From NCBI RefSeq assembly GCF_009914755.1, contig NC_060937.1: a stretch of 64,000 bases of DNA; one strand, given 5' to 3'. The DNA is from the human T2T-CHM13v2.0 reference genome, Homo sapiens. The notes beneath the pieces are model-generated. The model did no database searches. It worked only from the letters and a program-made list of their open reading frames with translations, and was not told where the DNA came from. Shown here piece by piece: positions 15,864 through 29,400 of this stretch (its first letter is position 1; each line of letters begins with the position of its first letter). The position numbers and the translations under genes are program-made.

Positions 15864-16617
15864 TGTGATGGTTAAATTTTGTGTGCCCACTTGGCTAGGC
15901 TATGGCACCCAGTTGTTTGGTCAGAGACTAGTCTAGAAGTTGCTGTGAAGGTATTTCATAGATGTGATTGACATCTACAGCCATTGACGGTAAGTAAAGA
16001 TTATCCTCAATAATGTAGGTGGGCTTCATCCAGTCAGTTGGTCTTTAATTTATTTTATTTTATAGAGACAGGGTCTTGCTCTGTTGCCTGGAGTGTAGCA
16101 GTGTAATCATGGCTTGAGGCAGCCTTGAGCTCCTGGGGTCAAGTGGTCCTCCGGCCTTAGCCTCCTGAGTAGCTAGGACTACAGGCATGCACCACCACAC
16201 CTGGCTAATGTTTTAAAATTTTATTTGTTTATTTAGTAGAGATGGGGGTCTTACTGTGTTGTCCAGGCTGGTCTCGACAGTGATCCTCCTGGTCTCAAGT
16301 GATCCTCCCACTTCAACCTCCCAAAGTGTTGGGATTACAGGTGTAAACCACTATGCCCAGCCCAGTTGAAGGTCTTGAGGGCAAAAACTGAGGTTTCCTG
16401 AAGGAGAATGAATTCTGCCTCAAGACTGGAAAATCAACTCCAGCCTGAGTTTCCAGCCTGCTGGTTTCCCCCATGGTTTTCAGACTTGCCAGCTCCCACA
16501 ATTGCATAACAACATGAACCGATTCCTTAAACTGAATCTCTATGTATCTATTTACCTATCAATCAATCAATCTATCTGCCATTTGTTCTGTTGCTCTCGC
16601 AAACTCTAACTGATACA
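15864..16617 (+). mobile_element. MLT2 (C/D-type) ERVL solo LTR, interrupted by an AluJ
   Basis: Starts 'tgtgatggttaaattttgtgtg', ends 'ctctaactgataca'; contains 'ggtgggcttcatccagtcagttg'. Confidence 0.88.
16044..16362 (-). mobile_element. AluJ
   Basis: J-type 'cagccttgagctcctgggg' and 'caagtgatcctcccac'; flanked by cagttg...gtctt duplications. Confidence 0.9.
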
Positions 16618-17168
16618 TCATATTTCAAATGCCTACACACACAGCCACACCGATCATGTAGCAGGAACGTGCCCTTCGTTTGTTTTGGTTATACAGATAA
16701 TTGAAGGATAATTTTAAAGACTCTTAATCACCAGTGTGTTCACTGGCCAAGCTGACCAGGGAACTCCTTCTGCAGGCGGCTTCTCTGTGTACCCAGCCAT
16801 GCCTTGCGCACTCCTGCCTCGGCAGTTACGCTTTGAGGGCCCGCACACCCATGGCACTGTCTTTTTACCCATTGCTCACTTTTTCTTGGCCCTGTTTTGG
16901 AGACCAGAAATGAGCTTACAATTCAGGGGAGGAGCAAGGGGAATTGTGAGAACCATTGCTGTTTTCTTGTTGCATCTACTTTTCGTCTGAAGGTTGTTTA
17001 TAACTCAATGGTTTTTCAGAGTGACGGTTTGAAGATGTTCTCCAGGTGTCCTTCCCTTGCAATGGATATATTGTAGTAAAACATGGACCTTGCGGAATTT
17101 ATAAGAATTCCACAAATACACATATTCTAGTTTACCAGAGTGGAATTCTTGAGTGGAATATGTCATGA

Positions 17169-17516
<348 letters not shown>

Positions 17517-18259
17517 AAGGGACTTCCTTGCACAACCAGAGAGAGAGGATTAGAGGGGAACGAAACAACTGGAACTGTAAGGGTCGCCTTGGGTTAAGAG
17601 GTGATGATGGAAGTGAGGGCCCCACGGAGCCTTGTGGATTGAAAAGGGATTTCCTGGAGGGAGCCTGCTCCTAGGCTCTGGCCCTCTGCTCTGTGACAGG
17701 TGAAGGCAGAACCTGCATGGGTTTCCTCCCGCAGGTGAGTCAACCCCCTTTCCATGTGGGAACACTGAGTGTCATCAGCCTTTCCACTGAACATCGAAGG
17801 GAATTTGCTGTAAAATAGCCGTAAGTTTGAAAAAAGTTAATGAAAAAATAGGATTTTACTTTAAGAAACTTGTCTTCAGCTTCTCTGGTATATACTAGTC
17901 TATAAGGTGAGAGAGACTTTCAGCACAGGCTAAGAATTTTCGGCTTTTACTGCTTACACTTTACTGTCACGTCACCTTCTAGTTATCTTTTTGGCCTTCT
18001 GTGCATACTTTTGAGGTTTCAACTTTCTTAATCATTTTTTTTTTCTCTAAACCTTCTCTCATTTGCTTACATTTCCCTGGTAATTGTGTGGCTAATGGAG
18101 CCTTTGTGAGTTCCTGTCCAGGGAATGGGAGGAGAAAAGACTAATACAAATTCAGGTCTTACTTCACTTCATCCTGAAACCCTTCCAATTTTTATGAAGC
18201 TGGATGAGCATTGACTTGGCTGATACCATTTAATAAGCGAAATATCTTCCTAAGCCTGG

Positions 18260-18440
18260 TAGGAGTTGTGGCATTAGATAGGCTTGTCTCTGAAGCCCAG
18301 CTCCACCCTTTACTAGCTATGTGGCCTCAAACTAATTAATCACTCAGTGTCTCAGTTTTCTTATCATAAAACATGACAAATAATGTCTATTATGCAGATT
18401 ACATAACACAACAAATATAAAAGAGTGGGTGTTTCATATT
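18260..18440 (+). mobile_element. MIR
   Basis: 'cccagctccaccctttactagctatgtggcctc...tgtctcagttttcttatcataaaa'. Confidence 0.65.
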
Positions 18441-19215
18441 TATAATTATTGGACACCATTATTATTAATGATCAAGGACTATTTGTCACTCAAGAAAAAA
18501 CTAATCCACATTGTATCTGCTCTGAAGATTTTTTACCTATTTCTTTTTATCTTTCCTATCTTTTTCTTTTGCTTTCATAAGAATAAAAAGTAATAGCAAG
18601 TTAAAATTGTTTTAGTCCCATAATATGAATTAGTCTGAGGAGAAGAAACCTTTTGGAACTTCCAAGAAAATGAAATTTAAGGGTCTTTATCAGCTGTGTC
18701 ACCATGGAGACCAAAATGCGTGGTCACCGTGGTGACCTTCATCAACTCTCTCCACTGAAATTATTACCATATAAAATTAGATATGGCTGCTGTTATGAAA
18801 AGACAGAGTATAAATAAGTTGAACTATCTGGATGATAATGCTGGCTGAACTCGGTATCCTGGTGCAGTTCTAAAAGTGTTATTGAATGGTAAGCTGACAC
18901 CCTGCTAGATTCTTCACATAACCAACTCTGGCTCTGCCCTTTAACTGCTGGGCTGGTGGAACATACTTGGATGGGGCTGTTCCTTGTTTCCTCTTTAGTC
19001 TCCTGCCTCATTCAAGGCAACCTTCCTGTGTCTTTGCTTTTTTAGGGCTGCCTTTGGTGTTACCTATTGCTTCTCTGAAGGTTACTCCATGAATTCTGAT
19101 ATGTCTGTAAAAAAAAAAAAAATCCAAATGACTTTATAAAAATTGCCGTCAATAGGTAATGTAGTAATAGTAGTAGTTTTGTTTTGGATAATTGTTTTTG
19201 AAAAAGAGATAATCA

Positions 19216-19629
<414 letters not shown>

Positions 19630-19730
19630 TTATATTGCGCCTAATAGATACTGAGTTTTTTTTTTTTTTTTTTTTTACAAATGGAAGGTTTGTGGCAGTT
19701 CTGTGTTCAGCAAGTTTATCGGGGCCATTT

Positions 19731-19969
19731 CTCCTTTATTTATTTATTTATTTATTTATTTTTTTAACTCCATTCTCTTGCCTCAGCCTCCCGAGTAACT
19801 GGGACTACAGGCGCCCGCCATCATGCCCGGCTAATTTTTTTGTGTGTGTTTAGTAGAGATGGGGTTTCACCGTGTTAGCCAGGATGGTCTCGATCTCCTG
19901 ACCTCGTGATCCGCCCTCCTTGGCCTCCCAAAGTGCTGGGATTACAGGCATGGGCCACCGCACCCGGCC
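19731..19969 (-). mobile_element. AluY lacking about 80 nt next to its (TTTA)n tail
   Basis: The tail joins directly to 'ccattctcttgcctcagcc'; left arm intact to 'cccggcc'. Confidence 0.9.
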
Positions 19970-19983
19970 TATTGGGGCCATTT

Positions 19984-20121
19984 TTCGTTTTCTTTCTTTT
20001 TTTTTTTTTGAGACGGAGTCTCGCTCTGTCACCCAGGCTGGAGTGCAGTGGCGCTATCTCGGCTCACTGCAAGCTCTGCCTCCCCAGTTCACGCCATTCT
20101 CCTGCCTCAGCCTCCCAAGTA
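19984..20121 (-). mobile_element. 5'-truncated AluY right-arm fragment
   Basis: Poly(T) followed by 'gagacggagtctcgctctg...cctcagcctcccaagta'. Confidence 0.92.
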
Positions 20122-20439
20122 TATCGGGGCCATTTTTCTAACATCATGGGCTCATTTTGTGTCTCTGTGTCACATTTTGGTAATTCTTACAATATTGGAA
20201 ATTTTTCATTATTATATCTGTTACGGTGATCTGTGATCAGTGATCTTTGATGTTACTATTGTAATTGTTTTGGGGTGCCACAAACTGTACCCCATATACA
20301 ACGGTGAATTTAACTGACCAACATGTGTGTTCTGACTGCTCCACTGGCAGGCTGTTACCCAATCTCTCTCCTTCTTCTCAGGCCTCCGTATTACCTGAGA
20401 TACAACAATATTGAAATGAGGCCAATTAATTACCCTACA

Positions 20440-21790
20440 ATGGGCGTAAGTGTTCAAGTGAAAGGGTCGCACATCTCTCCTTTTAAATAAATGAAAAGCT
20501 AGGAATGATTAAGCTTAGTGACAAAGGCATGTTGAAAGCCAAGACAGGTCCAAAGTTTGGTCTCTTGTGCCAAACAGGCAGCCAAGTTGCAGATGCAAAT
20601 GAAGAGTTCTTGAAGAAAATTAAAAGTGCTACTCCAGTGAACATGTGAATGATAAGAAAGTGAAACAGGCTTATTGCTGACATGTAAAATGTTTCAGTGG
20701 CCTGGATAGAAGATTGAACCAGCCAATAACATAGCCTTAAGCCAAAACCCAATCCAGAGCAAGGCTCTCTCTTCGATTCTTTGAAGGCTGAGAGCAGTGA
20801 GGAAGCTGCAGAAGAAAAGTCTGAAGCTAGCAGAGGTGAATTTATGAGGTTTAAGGAAAGAAGTTGTCTCCATAAACTAAGTGCAAAGTGAAGTAGCGAG
20901 TGCTGATATAGAAGCTACAGCAAGTTCTCTAGAAGATCTAGCTAAGATCATGGATGAAGGTGGCTTCACTAAACAATGGATGTTCAGTGTAGATGAAACA
21001 GCCTTCTCTTGGAGGAAGATGCATCTAGGATTTTCATAGCTAGAGAGGAGAAGTCAATGCTCACTTCAAAGGACAGGCTGACTATCTTGTTAAGTGCTAA
21101 TGAAACTGGTGACATGAAGTTGAAGCCAGTGTTCACTGACCTTGAAAATCCTAGGGCCCTGAAGAATTATGCTAAATCAACTTTGTGTGTTCTAGAAATG
21201 GAACAACAAAGGCTGGATGACAGCACATCTGTTTACAACATGGTTTACTGAAGGTTTTAAGCCCAGTGTTGAGACCTATGTCTCAGAAAAAAAGAATATT
21301 CCTTTAAAAATATTATGGTTCATTGACAATGCACCTGGTCTCTGAAGGGCTCTGATGAAGATGTACAAGGAGATTAATGTTGTGTTTATGCCTGCTGACA
21401 CAATATTCATCCGGAAACCTATGAATTAAGGAGTAATTTTGACTTTCACATCTTATTATTTAAGAAATACATTTCATAAGGCTATGGCTGCCACAGATAG
21501 TGATTCTTCTGATGGATCTGGGAAAAGTACATCAAAAACTTTCTGGAAAGGATTTACCATCCTAGATGTCATTAAGAACTCTTGTGATTCATGAGAGGAG
21601 GTCAAAATTCTAACATTAACAGGCCTTTGCAAGAAGTTGATTCTCTCATGGATGACTTTGAAGGGTTCAAGACTTTAGTGGAAAGAATAACTGCAGAGGT
21701 GATGAAAGCAAGAGAAGTAAAATTAGACGTGGAGCCTGAAGATGTGACTGGATTGCTGCAATCTCATGATCAAACTTGACTGAATGAGGA
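20440..21790 (+). pseudogene. Inactivated Tigger1 transposase
   Basis: ATG at 20440, DET codons at about 20992, peptide '[35 protein letters not shown]...[14 protein letters not shown]'; several stops and frameshifts. Confidence 0.88.
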
Positions 21791-22824
21791 GATGCTTCCT
21801 ATGGATGAGCAAAGAAAGTGGTTTCTTGAGATGGAACCTACTCCTGGTGAAGAGGCTTTGAATGAACATTGTTGAAATGACAACAAAGTATTTAGAATAT
21901 TCCATGGACTTAGGTGACAAAGCAGTGACAAGGTTTGAGAGGATTGACTCCAATTTTGAAAGAAGTTCGACTGTGGGTGAAATGCTGTCAAACAGCATCA
22001 CATGCTACAGAGAAATCTTTGATGAAAGGAAGAGTCAAATGAAGCATCAAATGTCACTGTCTTATTTTAACAAATCGCCACAGTCACCCAAACCTTTAGC
22101 TACTACCACACTGATCAGCCAGCAGCCATCAACATTGAGTCAAGGCCCTCTACCAGCAAAAACGTTATGACTCACTGAAGGCTCAGAGAACTGTTAGCAT
22201 TTTTTTAGTAATAAAGTATTTTTAAATTAAGGTATGTACATTGGTTTTTTAAAGACATAATGCTATTGTATACATACTTAGTTTACTATAGTATAGTGTA
22301 AATGTAACTTTTATATGCACTGGGAAACCAAAAACTGCATGTGACTGACTTCATTGAGATATTCACTGTATTGCAGTACTCTGGAACTGAACTTACAATA
22401 TCTCTGAGGTATGCCTGCATGTGAAATGAATCTCTCTGTGTTTAGAAATCAGTCACGTCCAAGTGTGTGATAGGCTATTAGTTTATGTGGGAGGTATAAA
22501 CAATATTCACAGTGTGGATTAAAGAGGAAGTGCCCACGTTCGCCAACAATTAGGTTCCCTGGTGCAGGGTGGTCCCCTGGGCCTGGTGATGACCTCTGTC
22601 AGACTCAGTGAGAGTTGGTTGTGTTGATGGAGGTGGGGTCAGGGTGGGGAGTGAGTGACAACCAGAGTTCAACAAGACAGGGAGGCCATAGAGAGCAAGG
22701 GCCATGCAGGCATGCAGACACTGTTGGACAGCTCTGAGGAGGAAATCTTGCCTAAAAATTGTCCCTGGATTCAGGATACTCCAATTTTGAGTTAGGGATC
22801 TCAAAACATTCTTTTTTAAAAAAT

Positions 22825-22880
22825 AATTTATCCATCCTACACAACTGAAACTTTGTACCCTTTTACCAACATCTCCCAAG
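22825..22880 (-). mobile_element. Short L1M 3' UTR fragment
   Basis: 'caactgaaactttgtacccttttaccaacatctccc'. Confidence 0.6.
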
Positions 22881-24675
22881 AACACTCTTAAGTGAGAACA
22901 TTTTGTAGTCAGTTTAAAATTTCAAAGCAGAGCAGGCATCTCTTCAAGTACATCTTTTCATACATTGCCTGGAAATGCTCAAAAGATGCTGCATTTTAAT
23001 GGAAAAATGAACTCGGGATTATTGGTCTTGTGAGCAAAATGACTTCTAAAACCCAGACTTCCCAAAGGAATGAACTTAAGTTTTTTGTGGCCCACCCCAA
23101 AGGTCATGGCAGACTTCCCCACAAGGCACACTGACCAGATTGCTGGGATTCTTCTGGTGGAAGTGACATTGAGTTTGTGAATTGAATGCCTCCTGCAAAC
23201 TCAGATATTTACGATCTTAAGCCAAACTTAGTCCTTTGGGTCTGGGGATTGATTTCCCTGGGCAAAATGTTGAACTCTAGTCCTAAGAAAAAAGTCTTTG
23301 AAAAACTCTTTGGACATGGAATTAGCTCTACAAAGTAACATTTTGGTGCTTTAAAGTATAAACTAACCAAAAACACATGATTTCAGCTTCCCATAAATCA
23401 CAGAGGGTTTTGCCTAAGAGAAAAATGCATGGCAAAACACATCACGAATAAACAATTTAAGGCAATAATCAGGTTGCACAAGTAGGTCAAGGATTGGGGA
23501 AGGTGACATACAAATTTGCATTCAGGTGGAGCATGGAGGGACGTGTTAGCATTAGCCCACGTCTGGTGAGAGACAGGATACCAGGAGTGCTGTTCTAAGG
23601 TGAGAGAGTGATTTTTGGTCTCTTGGTTCACTTGAAGCCTGAGCTATCTAATATAAACTTTTATTTGGAATAATTTAGAGAAAATAAGACCAAGTTATTA
23701 CAAATCTCAAATACAGAATTTATTGAGGAAATGAACTTTTACTAGTCTTCAAATAATATGACTTCCCTGTTAACATTGCTCACTCATCATCACCTGTACT
23801 AATGGATTGATAAGAGAGATTTACAATCAGCACATGTGAGCAGAACTTTTGAACTGTGTAAAGGTCTTGAGTGGGAAACATTGCCAGGATTTTAAAATAT
23901 CCTGCATTTGATATTCTTGGCATTGTAATTTGCCTTGTTCGTGAAGCAATTCTTCTCGAAGGAAGGTCTTTGATGAAATGATCACAGCACTTGGCAATAG
24001 TTGAGTCAGGACAAATGTGGCTTTATGTATAAAAACACTCATTTGACTTGCATTTAGGTTGTGAGGTTTGTTGGGAATTTCCTGGACTCTTCATGACTCC
24101 TAGGCAAGAGTTCTTTTGAGAAGCTGGGGGTAAGGGAGTGAGGGGTAAAGTATTGAGTATCTTCTGTGTGTCAGGATATTGTGCTTTTCAAGATGTCCTT
24201 TTGTAGAATACTTAAAGAAGTTCTTTAAGAAGGCTTATTATCTTAATTTTACAGGCAAGGAAACTAAAGCTGGGGAGATAACGATCATTTAAACAAGATC
24301 CACAGTGACCATCATTTCTCCACCTGATGTCGAGCAACATTGTCCAGGATTGGAAAATGCTTGAGTTGGATCAACTTACAGTTTATCAGATTTGCAAAAT
24401 CTCCTAAAGATGGCCTTGCTCTCTTCTCCAAGGCTGACGACTGGAATGGGAACTGAGGACGCATAAATTAAAAGACTAAAAAGACCAATCCTCTTTTTAA
24501 TTAAAACAAAGTCCTTTATTACATGAGCACTGGCATTGGTCAAAGCGTGAAGAGCATCAGGATGCCTGGCTTTGAATCCCGAGGTACCACGTGGCAGCAC
24601 AAAACTCATCAGAGCTTGTTTGTGACGGAGCTGAGTCCAGATGATTGGAGATGAGTCCACATTAGGTCCCTTGCA

Positions 24676-24775
24676 GTAACAACAAAATAAGTAGCACAAG
24701 AACAAATAGTAACAAAATAAGTAACAATAAAATAAGTAAAATAACACAAGTAAATAAAATAAGAATTTAAGTAAA
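24676..24775. repeat. Degenerate A-rich tandem repeat (unit about gtaacaaaataa)
   Basis: Repeated aaaataagta and gtaacaa words. Confidence 0.7.
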
Positions 24776-26970
24776 GGACCCAACTTTGTGCAAATTTTGA
24801 CACTTAGCGGTAAGTACTTACGAGGATAGTCTGTTACTTTGTAGTCAATTTCTGTTAGTGCACAGATGATATCCTAAGTTCACAGAACTTTTCAAGCATC
24901 CTAATTGTCAGAGGAAGCTAATCCAGTTGTCCTTCTGGTGCCCGAGTGGTGACCATGCTGTGTTGTTAGAGTCTGGCAGGAATAATATTCCATGTGGGAT
25001 CTGTGTTCAGTGATGGAAATTTCTCCAAGTGTTGCCTCTAAGAGTCGAGGTGAATTCACCTACTTGGTATGTGGCTGTTTAGGCAACAAGTAATGTCTTT
25101 CCTCACTACGATGAAAGCTAGAACATTCGTTGGTTAATATTACAGCCCCTTTTTAACCAAAATAGGATTTGATAAATGGGGTTTAAAAACTCAGGAAAAA
25201 TTTCTAGTCAAAATTATTATCTCCATCTATGTTAAGAATCACTTGGGACTGGTCTGGCAACAGGAGAAAAGGTGAGGTTAGAGGGGCACCAACAGCTGCT
25301 TTCATGTTCCATGATGATACGTCCTATACCCTGTGCTGAAAAGGATGCTTCAGGATGATCATCTTTTATTAACCTCAAAAAGTTTGAGTTTTAATATGTT
25401 TGTAGATGGGTAAGTTGGGTTCTGAAGGTTAACCTTGTCTATTTTTTTTTCCAGAGTAGACAGTGTTGTTGAATTGTATGAAAAAAGAAAATCATTCGGA
25501 AGGCGCTCTTTTCACTACTCAGATTACTTTTCAAAGCCTAACTCAAACCTGGGCCTTTATACGGGTTCCAATCAGCAACAGCAGGAGGCAGCCAAAAGAG
25601 TGGTTCCTGGAAAGTGATCACATCTTTTGTTTATTTGGCAGCCTTTCTCGCATGGTCTATTAGACTGTGACTAATTTTTTTGACCTCGTAGTTTAGAGGA
25701 CCTTTACGCCCTGAAGGGGAGAAAAATGGTGGAGAGGACTTGACCTTGTTTGCCTATCGAATTTTCCAAGAAGGAGTCCTGCCATCATGTCCTAAATGTC
25801 AGAGCTCTTGTCGCTGTACTTATTCTCCCAGTGAAGAAGACTCTGAGTCTCTCTCTCTCCAAGCAAGCCACCTTTGGAGCTGTTTTAACTCTGTCCAATC
25901 ACAAGGAGCTTAATGAATCCTTTTCCACGGCCTCTCAGCTGAACTCATCTTGCCTTTCCATCTCCTTTGCTGATTTGGACAACTTGTTTGCAGTTGGGAC
26001 AGCCTGCCTTGAGATAGTGTAAGAGACTTCATTCAGGAGATGTGAATGGAACATTTGCCGTGTGCTGGGCACAGGACTTGGCAGGTTGGGCCCTGGGGTT
26101 GGAGAGCTGAGCAAAACAGAGGCATGACTGTTAGGAAAGGTGGACGCTGAATGCAGGAATATGGGGACAGAGGCAGGGTATGGAAAGAGACGGTCACGGG
26201 GGATCCAGGGCCAGCTTTCTGAAGGTGAGATGGTTGATTGTCTGTGACCAAAGCAGCCTTCAGGTGAGAGCAGGCCAGAGAGCAGTGGCGGTTTGGGCAC
26301 TCTGGGGCTGGAGAGAGCCGAATGTGGCTGTCTAAGTGAGAGAGGTCAGACTTCTGGGGCAGAGAGAGGACAAGGGAGAGAGCCCAGAACGGGGCATACA
26401 AGCTGGGGCACGGGGCTTGACCTGGGCCTGTTCGCTCATTGGTTCTCTCTCCTGTTAGAGGGTCAGCTCCTGGGAGCAGCAGTGTCCAGTATATGCCTGT
26501 GAACAAATGAGCTTTATTCAGGAGGTTTAATCAGTTGTTGATGAATAGCCGCCAAAGACAATTCCAGTCAAGCCGCAGAAGATTCCATCTTTTTTCTGTG
26601 TAATGGTGATTATCCCTGCATTGGCAGCCCCTTTGAATCAGACTATCCCGAGTTTGAGAAGGATGGCTGAGTGTGTAGATTTGAAGTCTCAGGGTTCGAA
26701 AAGAAAACCTCAAAAGTCATTCTGGCCCCCTCTCCACTTGATTATGGTATTATAATTCAGCATGTTGAGGGTGACGTTGAAAGGAAATTGTGAACGAAGG
26801 CAAACTTAGGGAAAACTTGATCAGACAGAAAGTCTTAGGGAAAATTCCTGGCTTTCTCCTTTTCCCTCCAATCTCTTTCATATCCCACGCTTTACCCCTG
26901 AAATCCAAAATCTTATAAGTTTTTAGGAGAGAAAGCCACACGTCAGAGAGAACTTTATGGAATAGTTTAT

Positions 26971-27012
<42 letters not shown>

Positions 27013-27226
27013 ATCTATCTATCAATCATCTATCAATCATATCTATCACAATCTATCAATCTATCCTATCTATAATCTATCAATTAATCAATCATATCTA
27101 TCATCATCTATCAATCTATCCTATCTATCATCTATCTATATCTATCATCTATCTATCATATCTATTCTATCATATCTATCTACCATCTATCTATCTATAA
27201 TATCTATCTATCTAATCTATCTATCT
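26971..27226. repeat. Compound (TCTA/TATC)n microsatellite
   Basis: A pure run of about 10 TCTA units followed by an interrupted TCTA/TCA/TCAA array. Confidence 0.97.
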
Positions 27227-27489
27227 AACAGGAATCAAATAACAATTTGGGAGATTTTAGGTACACCTAATATGAATCTAGAAAAATCCTCTCTTGAAAA
27301 TCACTAAGAAGCAAAGCAGTTCGAGTCTTACAAGTTACTCTGTAAAAGTGCTTACAAACTTTAAAAAAAACTAATATTTTTTTCCTCCACAATCATCCTC
27401 ATGTTGCTTAGATTCACATTCTGGGTGGCATACTAGGTTTTTAATGAATATAAGATAAATTATATTAATCAAAACAACAAGAATAGTTT

Positions 27490-28520
27490 TATCAATTAAA
27501 TTTGATTATAAAATCTTTAAAGCACGTAGAAGCATACAGGCAGAAATATAATGTTTTGCCATATATCTTTTAAAGAAAATAAAATTAGAGGGACAGTTGA
27601 AGTCTTGCCACAGTCCTCCATCCCACACTGAGCCATTTAGTTTCTCATCCTTCCCACCAAGAGGCAATCCTTATATTGAAGTAGGTATGTAGTATTTACA
27701 TCAGTGTTTTAATACCTTCATTACAAAACTAATACCACATTCTTCTTTCATCTCTACTATAGAGTTATGTATAAAATTAAAATAACATATAGTATTGGTT
27801 TGGGTATTTAAAGAATTGCAAACACAGTATGCTACTGTACAGTTTCTATGTTTTCACACTATCACTCTCTCTCATCATGTTTTGGAGACCTAGCCATGTA
27901 AATATACATAGATGTCGTCAATCCATTTTAAATGTTCTTTATTATGCCACTGTATAAATATGCCAGAATGTATCTATTCCCAATTGATTTTCAAATATAT
28001 CAAGGTATATTTGTTTCCAACATTTTCCCTATTAAAGTGTTACAAAGAACTTTCTTACCCATATCTCCATGTGCACCTGTGTTTGGAACTTCTTTAGGGT
28101 ATATAACTAGAGGTGGAGTTATTGGGTCTTGGGCAATGGTGTCTTTAGCTTTATTAGATCTATCTTGCCAAATGGCTCCCGGATGTGATGGTACCAATCA
28201 ATTCTCCCAGGAACCTATAAACAGAGTGTGGAGTTCTTACCACTCCATGTTCTGGCCCTCATTTGGTATTTCTAAACTTAAGAAATTGCATTTCAACTTA
28301 TTTTTTACTTTCCTGATTACCAGTTGGGTGGATCCTCTTTTTATATATTTTTTGGGAATTTTAGATTTTCTCTTCTGTGCATTGTCTGCTGATGTCCTTT
28401 TCCTGTGTTCATTTTCTCTTTTGACTTTTTCTTATTTGCTCATGGGAGATATTTATATATTCTGGATACTCAATTTTTCTTTGCAATTTGTATTCTTATG
28501 TATTTTCTCACAGTGTAATT
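27490..28520 (-). mobile_element. L1ME-type relic (3' region)
   Basis: 'gaacttctttagggtatataactagaggtggagttattgggtc' and 'tttcctgattaccagttgggtgg' are typical of antisense L1 3' sequence. Confidence 0.75.
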
Positions 28521-28574
28521 TTCTAATAGAGGACAGACAAACAGACTATGCAGAAAGAAAACTTTTCACCTCAT

Positions 28575-28660
28575 TAGGAGATCTGAGTTTCTGTTCCAGT
28601 TTTGCTACCAACTTGCTATTTGACCTTGGACAAGTTGTTTCATTTTCCTGGAATGTAGCT
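28575..28660 (+). mobile_element. MIR fragment
   Basis: 'gatctgagtttctgttccagttttgctaccaacttgctatttgaccttggacaagt'. Confidence 0.65.
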
Positions 28661-28874
28661 ACCATAGCTTTAAAGTCATAGAATTTCATCCCAGAGTCTC
28701 AGTCTCTTCTATCAGATATACAATACTATCAGAGTTAGATAAGATTAATTGAAGACAGGGTTATGCCCAAATTAGGGAAAATCCTGGATGCTAGAGTATT
28801 GAAAACCAGACTGATAATACCTAATCTTTATAAATCATAGAATTTAAAAAACACTGTTTTCATAGTCAAATATG

Positions 28875-28974
28875 TCTATCATATCTATCCTATCTATCAT
28901 CAATCAATCATATCTATCATCATCTATCAATCTATCATATCCTATCTATCTATCTATCATCTATCATCTATCAA
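28875..28974. repeat. Second compound (TCTA)n array
   Basis: Interrupted TCTA/TCA/TCAA units. Confidence 0.92.
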
Positions 28975-29400
28975 TTAATAGATGCCTGAGGGCAGGCACC
29001 ATGTATGCTTGCCTGCTGGGGGATATCCTGTGCCTTAAATAATGGCTGCATGATCTTTTTTAAAAGGAAATAAAAATAGGGGGACAGTTGAATGCTCACC
29101 ACAATCCTGGCCCAATCCATCTCAAGATGAATGGTTTGTTGAATGACAAAAAATCAGTGATCAGCTTATTAGGTATATAATCAATAACTTGGTACTTACC
29201 TATCAGGGGTAGTACTTAAGAATGTTTTACCTTCTCCCTCTGAGGTGCGTTAACATTCCCCTGCAATCTTACTTTATTAGTAGAAGAATAACTTTTTTTT
29301 TAATGATTATAACTTTGTACCAGTGGAGTCTGACTTAATAAATTTTTATTGTGATTCAAAATGAGAGTTATTTTAACTTGTTGGTGCTTCTATATTTTCT

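Noticed and set aside
21009-22170. Transposase-like ORFs as a domesticated TIGD1-type gene
   Set aside because: The frame is broken by stops and frameshifts; it is a decayed Tigger1.
24676-24775. Repeat-spacer or CRISPR-like array
   Set aside because: Low-complexity A-rich slippage repeat without unique spacers, in eukaryotic DNA.
27932-28681. Longest ORF (249 aa, hydrophobic, membrane-like)
   Set aside because: It lies on the T-rich antisense strand of an L1ME relic and runs into a MIR; F/L/I richness follows from base composition.
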